DNA from: a virus
Taxonomy: Duplodnaviria; Caudoviricetes
Length of the DNA: 33,583 nucleotides
Reading direction: 5' to 3' (one strand)
IMG/VR virus record: IMGVR_UViG_3300021560_000044
Span: 1-33,583 of that record
This document shows positions 1 to 8,739 of this stretch, piece by piece. A program made the translations under genes and the position numbers. The stretch's first letter is position 1; each line of letters starts with the position of its first letter. The notes beneath the pieces were generated by a model, which ran no database searches, was not told the DNA's origin, and saw only the letters and a program-made list of their open reading frames with translations.

Positions 1-62
1 GGAACCAGACCGCCGGCAACATTGAGCGGGATGCCGGCTCCGCCTAGACGTGGGAATGCCAT
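1..62 (-). CDS. 5' part of the gene downstream of major capsid (putative capsid-associated protein), truncated by the window edge
   Basis: ATG at 62-60 reads MAFPRLGGAGIPLNVAGGLV..., preceded by AGGAGG-type SD, immediately after the MCP stop. Confidence 0.7.
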   Translation of the reverse strand, partial: MAFPRLGGAGIPLNVAGGLV

Positions 63-80
63 GGGTTGCTCCCCCTCCTG

Positions 81-1118
81 TTAGAAGGCTCCGCCGGTGA
101 TGCCGGTGACGCGCATGCCGGAAATCGGCTTGGTGCACACGATGTTGAACGCAACAATCACAACCCCGATGTTTGCTATCTGAAGGTTGGGGATGGCGCT
201 GTACCAACCAGAAAATGCGAACGGTGCATCCTCTGACAAATAGAGCGCGAGATAGCGACTGTTGATCAGATAGGCCGTGCCCTTCGGACACCATGGGTCC
301 ATGAAGATCGGCGTGTCGGCGAGCATCAATCCGCGGAAGCCGGCGTTGACGACCGTGTCGCTGCCGTAGCGCGAGCCGGGTCCGGTGTTGAACTGCTCCA
401 GGCTCATAAAATCGGTCATCAATGTCGTCCAGTCGGAGGGCGACATCACGACAAAGTCGGGCGCCTCGCCGCCACCGCCGATCGAGCCGCCGGTTGGGCC
501 GGTCGTGGTCTGCACGATGTATTTGATGAAGGCGGTGCGGGTGAGAACGCTGCCGGCGCCGGTGATCAGCTGCGCCTGCCAGAACGCGCCGCTGGCGCCG
601 GTGCGCGAAATCGCGCCGTACGTCGACACGTTGGTGCCGTCATCGTAGGCCTGGAACAGGCTGTCGACCTGCGACGGCTGCGCGACGTTGTTGGTGAACG
701 ATGCGGAGCTGATGGCTTGCACCGCCACCGTCTTGGCATCCGCCATGCGCGCCTTGAGCAGCGGGATGACCACCTCGCTCGACTGGATGATGGCTTCCAT
801 GCCCATGAATGGGATGGGGACCACCCCCAGCTTCAAGTTAAATTCGGCGTTCTGGATGGCGGCGACATCGGCCGGCTGCGGGAACGTGCCGGAATAATCC
901 GACCAGCTGAATGAAACGAACGAGCTGTTCTGCACCGGCACGGTGACTTGCGAAACACCACCTCGAGCGCGCTGCGCGTTGCGCATCAACAGCGACAGCA
1001 GCGGCGTCGCCTTGTAGATTTGAACAACCAGGCGCGGAATGAAGGCGCGACGCGTAGCGGCAACTAATTGATTGCCTATCGCTCCACCGGGAACGATGCC
1101 TAGGCCGGTCTGCGGCAT
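81..1118 (-). CDS. Major capsid protein
   Basis: 345 aa, after scaffold and portal. C-terminal pattern PDFVVMS...GFRGLMLADTPIFMDPWCPKGTAYLINSRYL is typical of HK97-fold capsid proteins. SD GAGGGGG. Confidence 0.88.
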   Translation of the reverse strand: MPQTGLGIVPGGAIGNQLVAATRRAFIPRLVVQIYKATPLLSLLMRNAQRARGGVSQVTVPVQNSSFVSFSWSDYSGTFPQPADVAAIQNAEFNLKLGVVPIPFMGMEAIIQSSEVVIPLLKARMADAKTVAVQAISSASFTNNVAQPSQVDSLFQAYDDGTNVSTYGAISRTGASGAFWQAQLITGAGSVLTRTAFIKYIVQTTTGPTGGSIGGGGEAPDFVVMSPSDWTTLMTDFMSLEQFNTGPGSRYGSDTVVNAGFRGLMLADTPIFMDPWCPKGTAYLINSRYLALYLSEDAPFAFSGWYSAIPNLQIANIGVVIVAFNIVCTKPISGMRVTGITGGAF

Positions 1119-1169
1119 GATAACCCCCTCGGGTTAGGGGGCGCGCCCTCGCCCAGGTTTCCTCAAGTC

Positions 1170-1691
1170 TTAGCCTTCGCGGAATGCCTTGCGCGCTTCC
1201 CGTTCGGCCCACGCATCCTCGTTCTCGAACAGCAGCTTGGTGTCGGGGTCGTCGCTCGGTTGCCCGAACCCCCAGGTGGTCGGCTGGAAGCCGGATGGCG
1301 TGATGTCGACTGGCGCATTGGTCTTGTCGAACAGCGCCGCCGCCGCCTCCGGGTCGCCGATCTTTCGATCGACCATCAGCTTCTGAATTTTGCTGATGCC
1401 TTCCTCGGTGTAGCCGGCATCCGCCAGGCGACCGAACGCCGCCTTGGTTTCGGCGTCCTGCTCGCGCTTGTCCTGACTGTCCAGGTATTTTTCGAGCCGC
1501 TCCTCCAGCTTGGTCAGGCGCTGCACCTCCGGCGCTTCCGCCAGGCGGTCCTCGTCGGTGGTGATTTCCGGATAGTTGGCTTTCAGCGCACGCTGATAGT
1601 CACGCCGCGATTTCGGATTATTGTTGAGTTTCTCCAGCACGCCGCGCATCTGCTGCAGCTGCTGATATTCGGCCTCCTCAATCTCGCGCAT
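1170..1691 (-). CDS. Capsid scaffolding protein (putative)
   Basis: 173 aa, charged and helical/coiled-coil, directly upstream of MCP. Confidence 0.7.
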   Translation of the reverse strand: MREIEEAEYQQLQQMRGVLEKLNNNPKSRRDYQRALKANYPEITTDEDRLAEAPEVQRLTKLEERLEKYLDSQDKREQDAETKAAFGRLADAGYTEEGISKIQKLMVDRKIGDPEAAAALFDKTNAPVDITPSGFQPTTWGFGQPSDDPDTKLLFENEDAWAEREARKAFREG

Positions 1692-1695
1692 TGTT

Positions 1696-1893
1696 TTACG
1701 TCACGTGCTTGATCGTCATTTCCGGGGCACCCGGGGCGTTGTGTACGGAGCCCGGCCGCTGCGGGTCGTGGCCGCCCGGCATCGCCGAGCGGCGCGCGCC
1801 AATCTCGGCGATGTCCATGTCGACCTTCACAATCTGCGCGTCCTTGCCGATCAGCTGATTGTAGGTCGGGCCGGGAAACCTATTTGATGCCAT
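1696..1893 (-). CDS. Hypothetical head-module protein
   Basis: 65 aa, SD AGGAGG, tiles the operon. Confidence 0.7.
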   Translation of the reverse strand: MASNRFPGPTYNQLIGKDAQIVKVDMDIAEIGARRSAMPGGHDPQRPGSVHNAPGAPEMTIKHVT

Positions 1894-1910
1894 GAGAGGC
1901 CTCCTGTGTT

Positions 1911-2330
1911 TCAGATGCCGGCGGCAGCGGGAGCACCACCGGGAGCCGGCGGGCCACCCGAGGGCGCGGGCAGTCCCGCCGGTCCCGGCGGACCACCTCC
2001 CCCGCCACCGAGGGAGCGCATGACCGACTGCAGCATCCCGCTCTGTTGTGCGTTCTGCTGCATGTCGCGAAGCGTGGTTTGCTGAACGCCAGGCACCTCC
2101 GCACTCGGGGTGACATGGCGGGAAACGGATTGAATGGCGGAGAGCACCGCCTTGTAGGGGTCGCTGCCGGTGGGCAGGTTGGGCAGCGCCTTTTCGAGTA
2201 TCTTAATGGCCTCCCGCACTTGACTGAGCGCATTAGCATTGTTGCCAGGCGAGCCTGTTGGCACGCCAAGCGGCGATGCCCCCATCGGGGCCCGCCCAGA
2301 CAATGCGGGAGGCAAGTCAAGGGGCGGCAA
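1911..2330 (-). CDS. Pro/Gly-rich head-module protein
   Basis: 139 aa, helical core flanked by low-complexity arms, between portal and scaffold. Confidence 0.7.
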   Translation of the reverse strand: MPPLDLPPALSGRAPMGASPLGVPTGSPGNNANALSQVREAIKILEKALPNLPTGSDPYKAVLSAIQSVSRHVTPSAEVPGVQQTTLRDMQQNAQQSGMLQSVMRSLGGGGGGPPGPAGLPAPSGGPPAPGGAPAAAGI

Positions 2331-2369
2331 CAGTCAACCTGAAGCCGCGGAGTGTCGGACGGGCGGGAA

Positions 2370-2411
2370 TTACTTCCGACGACCCCTGCGGTGCTTTCGA
2401 CGACGAGCCAT
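2370..2411 (-). CDS. 13-aa Arg/Lys-rich micropeptide MARRRKHRRGRRK
   Basis: ATG...TAA read by hand, with GAGGT SD 5 nt upstream. It fills the gap after portal. Confidence 0.6.
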   Translation of the reverse strand: MARRRKHRRGRRK

Positions 2412-2483
2412 GGTGGACCTCATCTGTGAACCGTGCGGCTCAAGCCTGAACACGGGTTCGGTGGGTGCGCCCTCGGGTCGCCT

Positions 2484-4184
2484 CTAACGCTTGCGGCCTT
2501 TGCTGGCGAGCTCAGGATGCTGTTGCAACATCGCTGCCTGCGCGGCCGCACGCGCCTCCGCGTGCTCGATCAAAATATCCTGCTGTGGCGGTCTGGTCAA
2601 CATGATCAGCTCGGCCGGCCCAATGGCACCGGCCTTCGCCAGCATGAACGCCTTGCGTTCCATGTCCTCGGAAAACACCGGCGAGCCCGAGTGGCTGTCC
2701 ACCGCCACCCGGTAGTCGTCGAGCATCTGCGAGAGCATGAACTCCTCTTTCGCCTTTGAGCGATAGACGCCGGCGTCCTTCGCCTGCAGCAGCTTGAAGC
2801 AAAAGTCCGCGTGCGCGGCGCACTGGCGCTCGACCAGCAGCGCGCGGTCGCGGATGCGCGGCGAGCCGGTGCGCAACAGCGTCTGCGCATGCGAGCCCGC
2901 GCGCACGCCAGGCTCACCCTGGCCCATGGTGATGGGCTGAAAGCCACCGGCCTCATCGAACCAGTTCAAGATTTTTTCGATCTGCTGGAACAGCTCCGGC
3001 GGCACCTCTGGCGCCAGGCGCTCGATCTTGGCGTTCGGGGTATCCTCCGAAATCCACCCATCGGGCACGTTGAGCGCCTTGTATTTTTGCTCGTTCAATC
3101 CCTGAAACCCGATGAAGGCTTTTGGCGGCCGCGCCTGCAGTTTGGTGATGCGGCGCACGTCCTCGATCGCGCTGTTGAGCATGTCTTGGAGCGCCACCAG
3201 CGTGATGACCTCGCTCTGTCCCCAGAAATAATTGTCCAGCCGGTTCGGGCATACCTCGGTAAACGGCTGCTCGCCCTCGACCCCGCTGAGATTGCGGTGC
3301 TTGTTCTCGCCCTCCAGGATGATGCCCTCCGCGTCCTTGAGCTTGTCGCCCTCTAAGAGCACGCCCGGGTTCACCATGCGAACGGTGGTCCAGTCCTTGC
3401 GCTTGCTGTCCACCACCCAGAGCTCGTCGACGCGAATGAGCGACGCCGCCAGCTTGGTGTCGATCGCCGGCATCGGCGGCTGCGAGACGATCACCGTGTT
3501 CTTGGACGTTGCCGCGGTGACCTGCTGCACCGGGTTGATGCCGCCGATGATGATCTGCCTCAGCGCATCGCCGGCGATCACCTCCTCCATTTCCTCCTGG
3601 CTGCGACGGTTGGCGCTGGCTTTTATCTTCGCCAGTATCTGCTCCTTATCGTCGCGGTCGACCAGCTGGCGCGCGAGCTCGGTCGGCGTCACGTAGGTGG
3701 TGTAGGTAAACGCCTCCTGCCGATCGAGCCCATCGATGTCCTCGCGCAGCACGCCCATGAACTGCGGATGAATGAGCCAGCTCTCCAGCTCCTCGTTCTG
3801 GCCCCATACCGTCTTGATGAAAGTCTTGGCTTCGATCAGCGCCCAGTGCACGGCATCGGCAAAGTCGAGGTCGCAGCCGCCGCGGTGATAGTCGCGGTTG
3901 AGCACCCGGGAAGCCGCCGCAGCACGTTCGTGATAGGGTTCACCGAGAACGGTATCGTAACTAATCGAAAACCGCACGTCGTCGGCGCTGAACAGAAAGC
4001 TAGCCAGCCGATCGATGTGGGAGAAGATTTTGTTGTAGCGGGCGCCTTCACCAAAGTCGGTGCCGCGCCAGTAGTACGAGCGCCAGGTCCCCAGCTGCGA
4101 AATCCGGTCGGCACGCGATACCTCGCACTGCTCGATGAGCTCAAGCGCCCACGGCGCCAGCGTCTTGTCGCGCGGAACCTTCAC
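2484..4184 (-). CDS. Portal protein (P22/T7-like size class)
   Basis: 566 aa between TerL and scaffold/MCP. PNRLDNYFWGQSEV...LQDMLN pattern and helical C-terminus. Confidence 0.85.
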   Translation of the reverse strand: MKVPRDKTLAPWALELIEQCEVSRADRISQLGTWRSYYWRGTDFGEGARYNKIFSHIDRLASFLFSADDVRFSISYDTVLGEPYHERAAAASRVLNRDYHRGGCDLDFADAVHWALIEAKTFIKTVWGQNEELESWLIHPQFMGVLREDIDGLDRQEAFTYTTYVTPTELARQLVDRDDKEQILAKIKASANRRSQEEMEEVIAGDALRQIIIGGINPVQQVTAATSKNTVIVSQPPMPAIDTKLAASLIRVDELWVVDSKRKDWTTVRMVNPGVLLEGDKLKDAEGIILEGENKHRNLSGVEGEQPFTEVCPNRLDNYFWGQSEVITLVALQDMLNSAIEDVRRITKLQARPPKAFIGFQGLNEQKYKALNVPDGWISEDTPNAKIERLAPEVPPELFQQIEKILNWFDEAGGFQPITMGQGEPGVRAGSHAQTLLRTGSPRIRDRALLVERQCAAHADFCFKLLQAKDAGVYRSKAKEEFMLSQMLDDYRVAVDSHSGSPVFSEDMERKAFMLAKAGAIGPAELIMLTRPPQQDILIEHAEARAAAQAAMLQQHPELASKGRKR

Positions 4185-4221
4185 GCAAAATCCTTGCGTT
4201 AAGAACGCGCGCGCCCTCGCG

Positions 4222-4758
4222 CTATTTGCGCACTGTGATGGTGCGGCCGTGTTCGGTCAAGAGCCGATGCGTCATCACGTGCTCGCCCTTGCGCCCGCCC
4301 TGGCTGAACAGGTCCATGGCATAGGCGTTTTCCTTGCGGTGCGCCTTGGCATCGCCGAACGCCGCCGCCGCCACGTTCATCTGCTGCTTGCCGCCGGCAC
4401 CGGAGAAAAACTCCCGCGCCTGCGGCGCCATGTTCGAAACCGTGGCAGCGAGCGCCCGGTTGTCGTTCTCGATCTGCTCGCGCCAGGCCCGCTCCTCGCC
4501 CTGCGCCGGCGGCAGCCCCTTCGCCGCAACGTCACCCTCGCGCAGATTGTCCTTGAGGTCGGTCAGGCCGTAGTCGTGCTCGATGATGTTCTGGGTGAGA
4601 TCGAGCGCGCGGCTCTTGTTGGTGCCAATGCAAAACCGCTCCGGTTGCCACTGCAGTACCCGCGCGCAGAACGGGCAATCCGGGTCGCCGTCATTGCTTT
4701 CACACGTCACATCGAACGTGTCACCGCAATCCTCGCAGCGGTAGGTTCTGATGATCAT
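4222..4758 (-). CDS. Zinc-ribbon (FmdB-like) protein
   Basis: MIIRTYRCEDCGDTF...DCPFC. The start overlaps the upstream stop (ATGA). Confidence 0.75.
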   Translation of the reverse strand: MIIRTYRCEDCGDTFDVTCESNDGDPDCPFCARVLQWQPERFCIGTNKSRALDLTQNIIEHDYGLTDLKDNLREGDVAAKGLPPAQGEERAWREQIENDNRALAATVSNMAPQAREFFSGAGGKQQMNVAAAAFGDAKAHRKENAYAMDLFSQGGRKGEHVMTHRLLTEHGRTITVRK

Positions 4759-4955
4759 CGCATCACCCGGCGCAGCTCCGCCATCAGGCGCAGCATCCGC
4801 GGCGTCGGAACAATCCACCCGCCGGCGCCCGCATTGCTCCAGGCACTGGCCTCAATCTCATTGAGCAACGCCGTCGCCACCGTGCAGATAATCTCCACGC
4901 GCTCGTCCAGCGCCTTGTAGGCCGCGGCAACGTCCGCCTCGAATTTGGTCGTCAT
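4755..4955 (-). CDS. Hypothetical protein (66 aa)
   Basis: MTTKFEADV..., SD GGAGG, coupled start/stop. Confidence 0.65.
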   Translation of the reverse strand: MTTKFEADVAAAYKALDERVEIICTVATALLNEIEASAWSNAGAGGWIVPTPRMLRLMAELRRVMR

Positions 4956-5032
4956 CGGTGCCTCCAGATATACCACAGCACCAGAACAATCGCCGCCAGC
5001 AGGAGCAGCGCTGTGCATTCGTTCGCCGTCAC
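4952..5032 (-). CDS. Tiny single-TM peptide
   Basis: GTG start, (M)TANECTALLLLAAIVLVLWYIWRHR, with 4-nt overlaps at both ends. Confidence 0.4.
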   Translation of the reverse strand: MTANECTALLLLAAIVLVLWYIWRHR

Positions 5033-5355
5033 CGCTGGCTGTCCGCAATATCCTGCTCGCTCCACCCACGATAACGCAACGCCACAACCTGCAGCGAACT
5101 GCCTTTGTAATTCGGGTGCATCCAGCGGCGCGCGGCACCCCTGAGATATTTGGTGGCCGTTGCGGGGTGAACACCGAGCAGCTCGCCCAGCCGCCGATGG
5201 CTGCAGCGCTTGGCAAGGCGCCGACATTCGTTCCTCCATATCCGAAACGCCCGCACATTCCGGATTGCCCGCTCATACGCAATCTGTTCCGCGGTCCGCT
5301 GCACGTGCTTTGCAGACGGCACTGACGCGCGTGCTTCGTCGCCTATGCTGCTCAT
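5029..5355 (-). CDS. HTH DNA-binding protein (putative)
   Basis: SHRRLGELLGVHPATATKYL HTH-like segment, ATGA-coupled to the TerL stop. Confidence 0.6.
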   Translation of the reverse strand: MSSIGDEARASVPSAKHVQRTAEQIAYERAIRNVRAFRIWRNECRRLAKRCSHRRLGELLGVHPATATKYLRGAARRWMHPNYKGSSLQVVALRYRGWSEQDIADSQR

Positions 5356-7238
5356 CGCCAGGCCGCGTCCAATCTCGCTTGAACTCGTTCGCTCTCTTTT
5401 ACAGAAAAGAAATCTTGCACCAGCTGATCGACCAGCGTCGCGTTCGGGTTCTGGCTCTGCACCCGTTCCTGCTTCGTCACGTTGTCGTAGGTCGCACCGT
5501 TCGCAATCAGCGACGAGCGCAGCCATTCCAGATAGGCCTTGTTGGCAAGCGCGGTCGCAAACACCCGGTCGTCATGCCCGGTCCCCTCCGCCTCGATCAG
5601 CGACCCATCCTGGATGACGCGCTGCATTTCCTCAAGCAGCGGTATCGACCGAATGCGGAGCGCACGCAACGCGTAAGCGTCGCGCATCTGATTGAGGATG
5701 AGGAGCTTGTTGTCTTGCGTGGTTTTCCAGCCATACGCATAGCCCGCGCCCAAGCTGTCCGGCCGATGATACAGATACCAACGCATATTGCCCAGCACGT
5801 TCTCCAGCTTGCGGTCGGCCGCCGCCTGCTGCAGCTGCCCCTGGTCCATCAGCTCGCGCAAGTGCTTGAGCTCGCGCATCGCCGCCGGCCCGGGACCGTT
5901 CACCTCGATGTTGATCCAGATGTTCTTGTAACACCCGGCCAGGTGCGCCATCACCCACGCCAGCTGATAAGTCTCCGGATTGACGCTGGCATACTCCGCA
6001 ACCTGCACCAAACAATCCGCGTAGCAGCGATATATCTGCACACAGTGATTGTCCTGATAGTCCGCGCGCCCATACGCCGGGTCCACACCCATCACGTAGA
6101 ACCCGTTCGGATGCGGCTCCTCCCACACCCGCAAATCCGCCAGCCCCGAGCGCTGCACGCCCTCCACCGTCGTCGCCAGAAAATTCTCCCCCATGTGATA
6201 CGCGTACGCCTTGAACAATATCTTGTTCTCATGCACCCAGCGGATGTCCTCGTTCAATCGCGAGTTCGGGAAAAAATTCTTGCCGGTCATCACAAACGCC
6301 TGCTCCTCGGTCCACGGATATTCCTGCGCCATCAGATCATCCGCGCTGATCTTCGCCGTGCGCATCCACCGGTGCCACGCCAGCTGCTCGGGCTTGACCG
6401 TCACACCATACTGCTCGCGCACCTCCTTCATCAGCGCCGCCTCGCCGTCGTCCGGCTTGCCGTCCCAGTAATGCTTGTACTCGCGCGACGTTTCCTTGAA
6501 CGCGTAATTCTCATTGCTCCACCAGCCAATGAAAAACGCCTTCTGCGTCAGCGTGTCCTTCTGCGCCTCCTGCCAGATGTCCCAGAACAGATTGTAGCCG
6601 CGCGCCGTGCTCTCAAAAATGTACAGCCGATCCGGATGCTTCTGCGCCAGCGCCGCGATCATCGACGCATAGCCGGCTTCCGACCCCCAGCCCGAGCACT
6701 CGGTCGCATGCACAAAATTCCACGCCCGCGAACGCCCTAATCCGCCTCCCGTTTTCCTTCCACCGGCCACCACATAATCAAGCACCGACCCGTTCTTGAG
6801 CACCAGGTTCGACTTGTTGTGTCGAACAATTCCGCTGCGCATACCCAGCGGCAGGCTTTCAAGGTAGCGCTCAAGCAGGATGCGGAATTTAACTCTGTTC
6901 TCATCGGTGTCGGTAATGAGCGCACCTTGCAGCCCGTCATGCACCAGTATCCAGAACAGGTCGATCGCCAGGCTCACCGTCGATATGCCCAGCTGGCGCG
7001 CCTTCAAACACACGAAATGCCGGACCCCGCGGTCGAGCCCCTCGCACAGCTCGTCCAAAAACCGCGTCTGCGACCCGTACAGTTTGAGCGGCGAAACCCC
7101 GGTCTCCTTGCTGTCAATGGTCAGGTAGCCGATAAATTCAAGGAATAAATTGCGCCAGCGATGCCCGGGCCGGTACGCATGCGCACGCACCCCCGCACGC
7201 CCCCGCGGCCGTAACGAAACCGGCTTAGCGCTCGGCAC
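5352..7238 (-). CDS. terL: Terminase large subunit (start uncertain; ORF open to 7265)
   Basis: Walker A LKARQLGIST, Walker B VHATE, coupling motif ESTA, RNase H-like GVDPA...HDDRVFA. Confidence 0.93.
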   Translation of the reverse strand: MPSAKPVSLRPRGRAGVRAHAYRPGHRWRNLFLEFIGYLTIDSKETGVSPLKLYGSQTRFLDELCEGLDRGVRHFVCLKARQLGISTVSLAIDLFWILVHDGLQGALITDTDENRVKFRILLERYLESLPLGMRSGIVRHNKSNLVLKNGSVLDYVVAGGRKTGGGLGRSRAWNFVHATECSGWGSEAGYASMIAALAQKHPDRLYIFESTARGYNLFWDIWQEAQKDTLTQKAFFIGWWSNENYAFKETSREYKHYWDGKPDDGEAALMKEVREQYGVTVKPEQLAWHRWMRTAKISADDLMAQEYPWTEEQAFVMTGKNFFPNSRLNEDIRWVHENKILFKAYAYHMGENFLATTVEGVQRSGLADLRVWEEPHPNGFYVMGVDPAYGRADYQDNHCVQIYRCYADCLVQVAEYASVNPETYQLAWVMAHLAGCYKNIWINIEVNGPGPAAMRELKHLRELMDQGQLQQAAADRKLENVLGNMRWYLYHRPDSLGAGYAYGWKTTQDNKLLILNQMRDAYALRALRIRSIPLLEEMQRVIQDGSLIEAEGTGHDDRVFATALANKAYLEWLRSSLIANGATYDNVTKQERVQSQNPNATLVDQLVQDFFSVKESERVQARLDAAWR

Positions 7239-7488
7239 GCACCGCCTCGATCGCCTCAAACTCAAACGCCGGCATATCCCAATCGATGTCCAGCCACGGC
7301 GGCCGGCTGTACGACTGCACCTGCAGGCGCGGAGTAAACGCCCGCTTCGTTATCCGAACGAGCTCCGCATAGTCCGGGTTCGCCGGCAGCGGCACCCCGC
7401 GCAATTCCATCAGGCTCGCGCACCGCACAATCGCCGGCGCCGCCAGCACCCCAACCAGGCCAGATAAAAATCCGCGGCGGTCAATCAC
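7225..7488 (-). CDS. Small Tat-signal-like protein containing a copy of the MCP N-terminal segment
   Basis: GTG start, (M)IDRRGFLSGLVGVLAAPAIV. Internal LVRITKRAFTPRLQVQSY matches MCP LVAATRRAFIPRLVVQIY. Confidence 0.75.
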   Translation of the reverse strand: MIDRRGFLSGLVGVLAAPAIVRCASLMELRGVPLPANPDYAELVRITKRAFTPRLQVQSYSRPPWLDIDWDMPAFEFEAIEAVRAER

Positions 7489-7720
7489 GGCGCCACTCGA
7501 TGTAGCCAGGCCTATGCAGCGCGCCCCAGTCAATGCGCGCAATCATTTCCGGCGTGACCTTCATCAGCGGCGGCCCCACATATTCACTCCCGCCCGAAAT
7601 CACCGTCACCGCCGTCACTGCCCCGAGCTCGGGCACCGCGGCGATCGGCGCCTTCGCCGCAACCGGCAGCGCCGGCAATAATCCGAAAAACCTACGCCGG
7701 CTTAATAACTGTCCCACCAT
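7481..7720 (-). CDS. Small Tat-signal-like protein
   Basis: LSRRRFFGLLPALPVAAKA twin-arginine motif plus hydrophobic stretch, SD GAGGGAG. Confidence 0.7.
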   Translation of the reverse strand: MVGQLLSRRRFFGLLPALPVAAKAPIAAVPELGAVTAVTVISGGSEYVGPPLMKVTPEMIARIDWGALHRPGYIEWRRD

Positions 7721-7747
7721 CCACTCCCTCGGCCCGGCTAGGCAGGC

Positions 7748-7981
7748 CTACACATCCGGCCGCATCCGCTTGGTCGCCGCCTTCACCGCCCACATCGCAC
7801 CCTCCTCAATGCACGTGCACGCAAGCGCCTTCAACCGGCTCACCTCGGGAAATCCACCGTCCTGCCCCGGTATGTCGTTGATGCAATCCAGCAGGTCCGC
7901 CGCCCGGCGCTTGATCGCATCAACCTGCCCATCCCCGCTCGGATTGAAATCAATCCCTACCAACCACTCGCCACGCGTCAT
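7748..7981 (-). CDS. Acb2/Tad1-like helical-hairpin protein (putative immune-signal sponge)
   Basis: FNPSG...IKRRAADLLD...RLKALACTCIEEGAMWAVKAAT resembles the A-x-T-x-(I/L)EEA-x-MW hairpin motif. Confidence 0.6.
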   Translation of the reverse strand: MTRGEWLVGIDFNPSGDGQVDAIKRRAADLLDCINDIPGQDGGFPEVSRLKALACTCIEEGAMWAVKAATKRMRPDV

Positions 7982-8433
7982 CGCTTCCTCCGTACCGGCC
8001 GCTTCGACCGCGGCGCCCGATGATGCAGCCCAGGCCGCTCCTCCCCGTCCTCACCCGCACGGTCCGGCAAACCAAAAGGCGCATCCTCCCCGCCCCCCGC
8101 CCGGTCAGCGTCATCCTCCGGAGGAGCCTCCCATGCATCACTCTCACCCTCCGCAATCGCCTCCCCCAGCACAGGGTCCCCACAACTCTCAATCTCAGCC
8201 GCCGTTATCGCCTTCCCAGACGTCAATGCCGCCGGCGCCGGGTCCCCGCAACTCTCCGCCTCATCCGCCGCCGCCCCACCGCCCGATAAATCTGAACCAC
8301 CAGCATCGGCAATAACCGCCGGCGCAGCCTCCGGCGCCTCCAATTCCGCAAGGACATCCAACGCAGGCGCCCAGTTGTTCGCCTCATATCCCTCCCGCAA
8401 TCGCGCCGCTAACTCCGCCCGCGTCCTACCCAT
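7978..8433 (-). CDS. Acidic low-complexity hypothetical protein
   Basis: MGRTRAELAARL..., internal ESCGDP duplication, basic C-tail, SD GAGGT. Confidence 0.6.
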   Translation of the reverse strand: MGRTRAELAARLREGYEANNWAPALDVLAELEAPEAAPAVIADAGGSDLSGGGAAADEAESCGDPAPAALTSGKAITAAEIESCGDPVLGEAIAEGESDAWEAPPEDDADRAGGGEDAPFGLPDRAGEDGEERPGLHHRAPRSKRPVRRKR

Positions 8434-8579
8434 GGCCCACCTCTCACCTGCTCCCTCACATAAATCCGCAGCGTAAACCACAACGCCGCTACCCCCTCCT
8501 CCAACGTCGCACCAGCCAGCGCCGCAACAATCCGCGCAACCAACGCCCGAACCCGCGCATCATCCCCCAATGCCGGCAC
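8409..8579 (-). CDS. Hypothetical protein (56 aa)
   Basis: GTG start with AAGGAGG SD, (M)PALGDDARVRALVARIVAALAG... Confidence 0.55.
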   Translation of the reverse strand: MPALGDDARVRALVARIVAALAGATLEEGVAALWFTLRIYVREQVRGGPWVGRGRS

Positions 8580-8654
8580 CCCTATCCTCCTTGGTCAAGC
8601 CCGGGCGACAAACCCCAGGCAGGCCGCGTGCCTCGTCCTCCAGAGAAAGCACCT

Positions 8655-8684
8655 GCACGCTTCAACAGGCGTAAGGACTGTCAA
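8655..8684 (-). promoter_or_regulatory. Putative late/packaging operon promoter
   Basis: TTGACA on minus strand at 8684-8679, ~100 nt upstream of the first gene. The -10 is poor. Confidence 0.35.
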
Positions 8685-8739
8685 TCCTATAATGCCCATC
8701 GCCATTTCTCAGTGCCCTTCAGAGTGCCGGCACCAGCCC

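Noticed and set aside
1030-1060. TRRAF in MCP as a Tat export signal
   Set aside because: No proper hydrophobic region or cleavage site follows, and capsids assemble in the cytoplasm
5160-6740. 526-aa plus-strand ORF
   Set aside because: Antisense shadow of terL in high-GC DNA; Arg/His-rich with no motifs
7533-8315. 260-aa Pro-rich plus-strand ORF
   Set aside because: Artefact of the C-rich skew; the minus strand has coupled genes with SD sites
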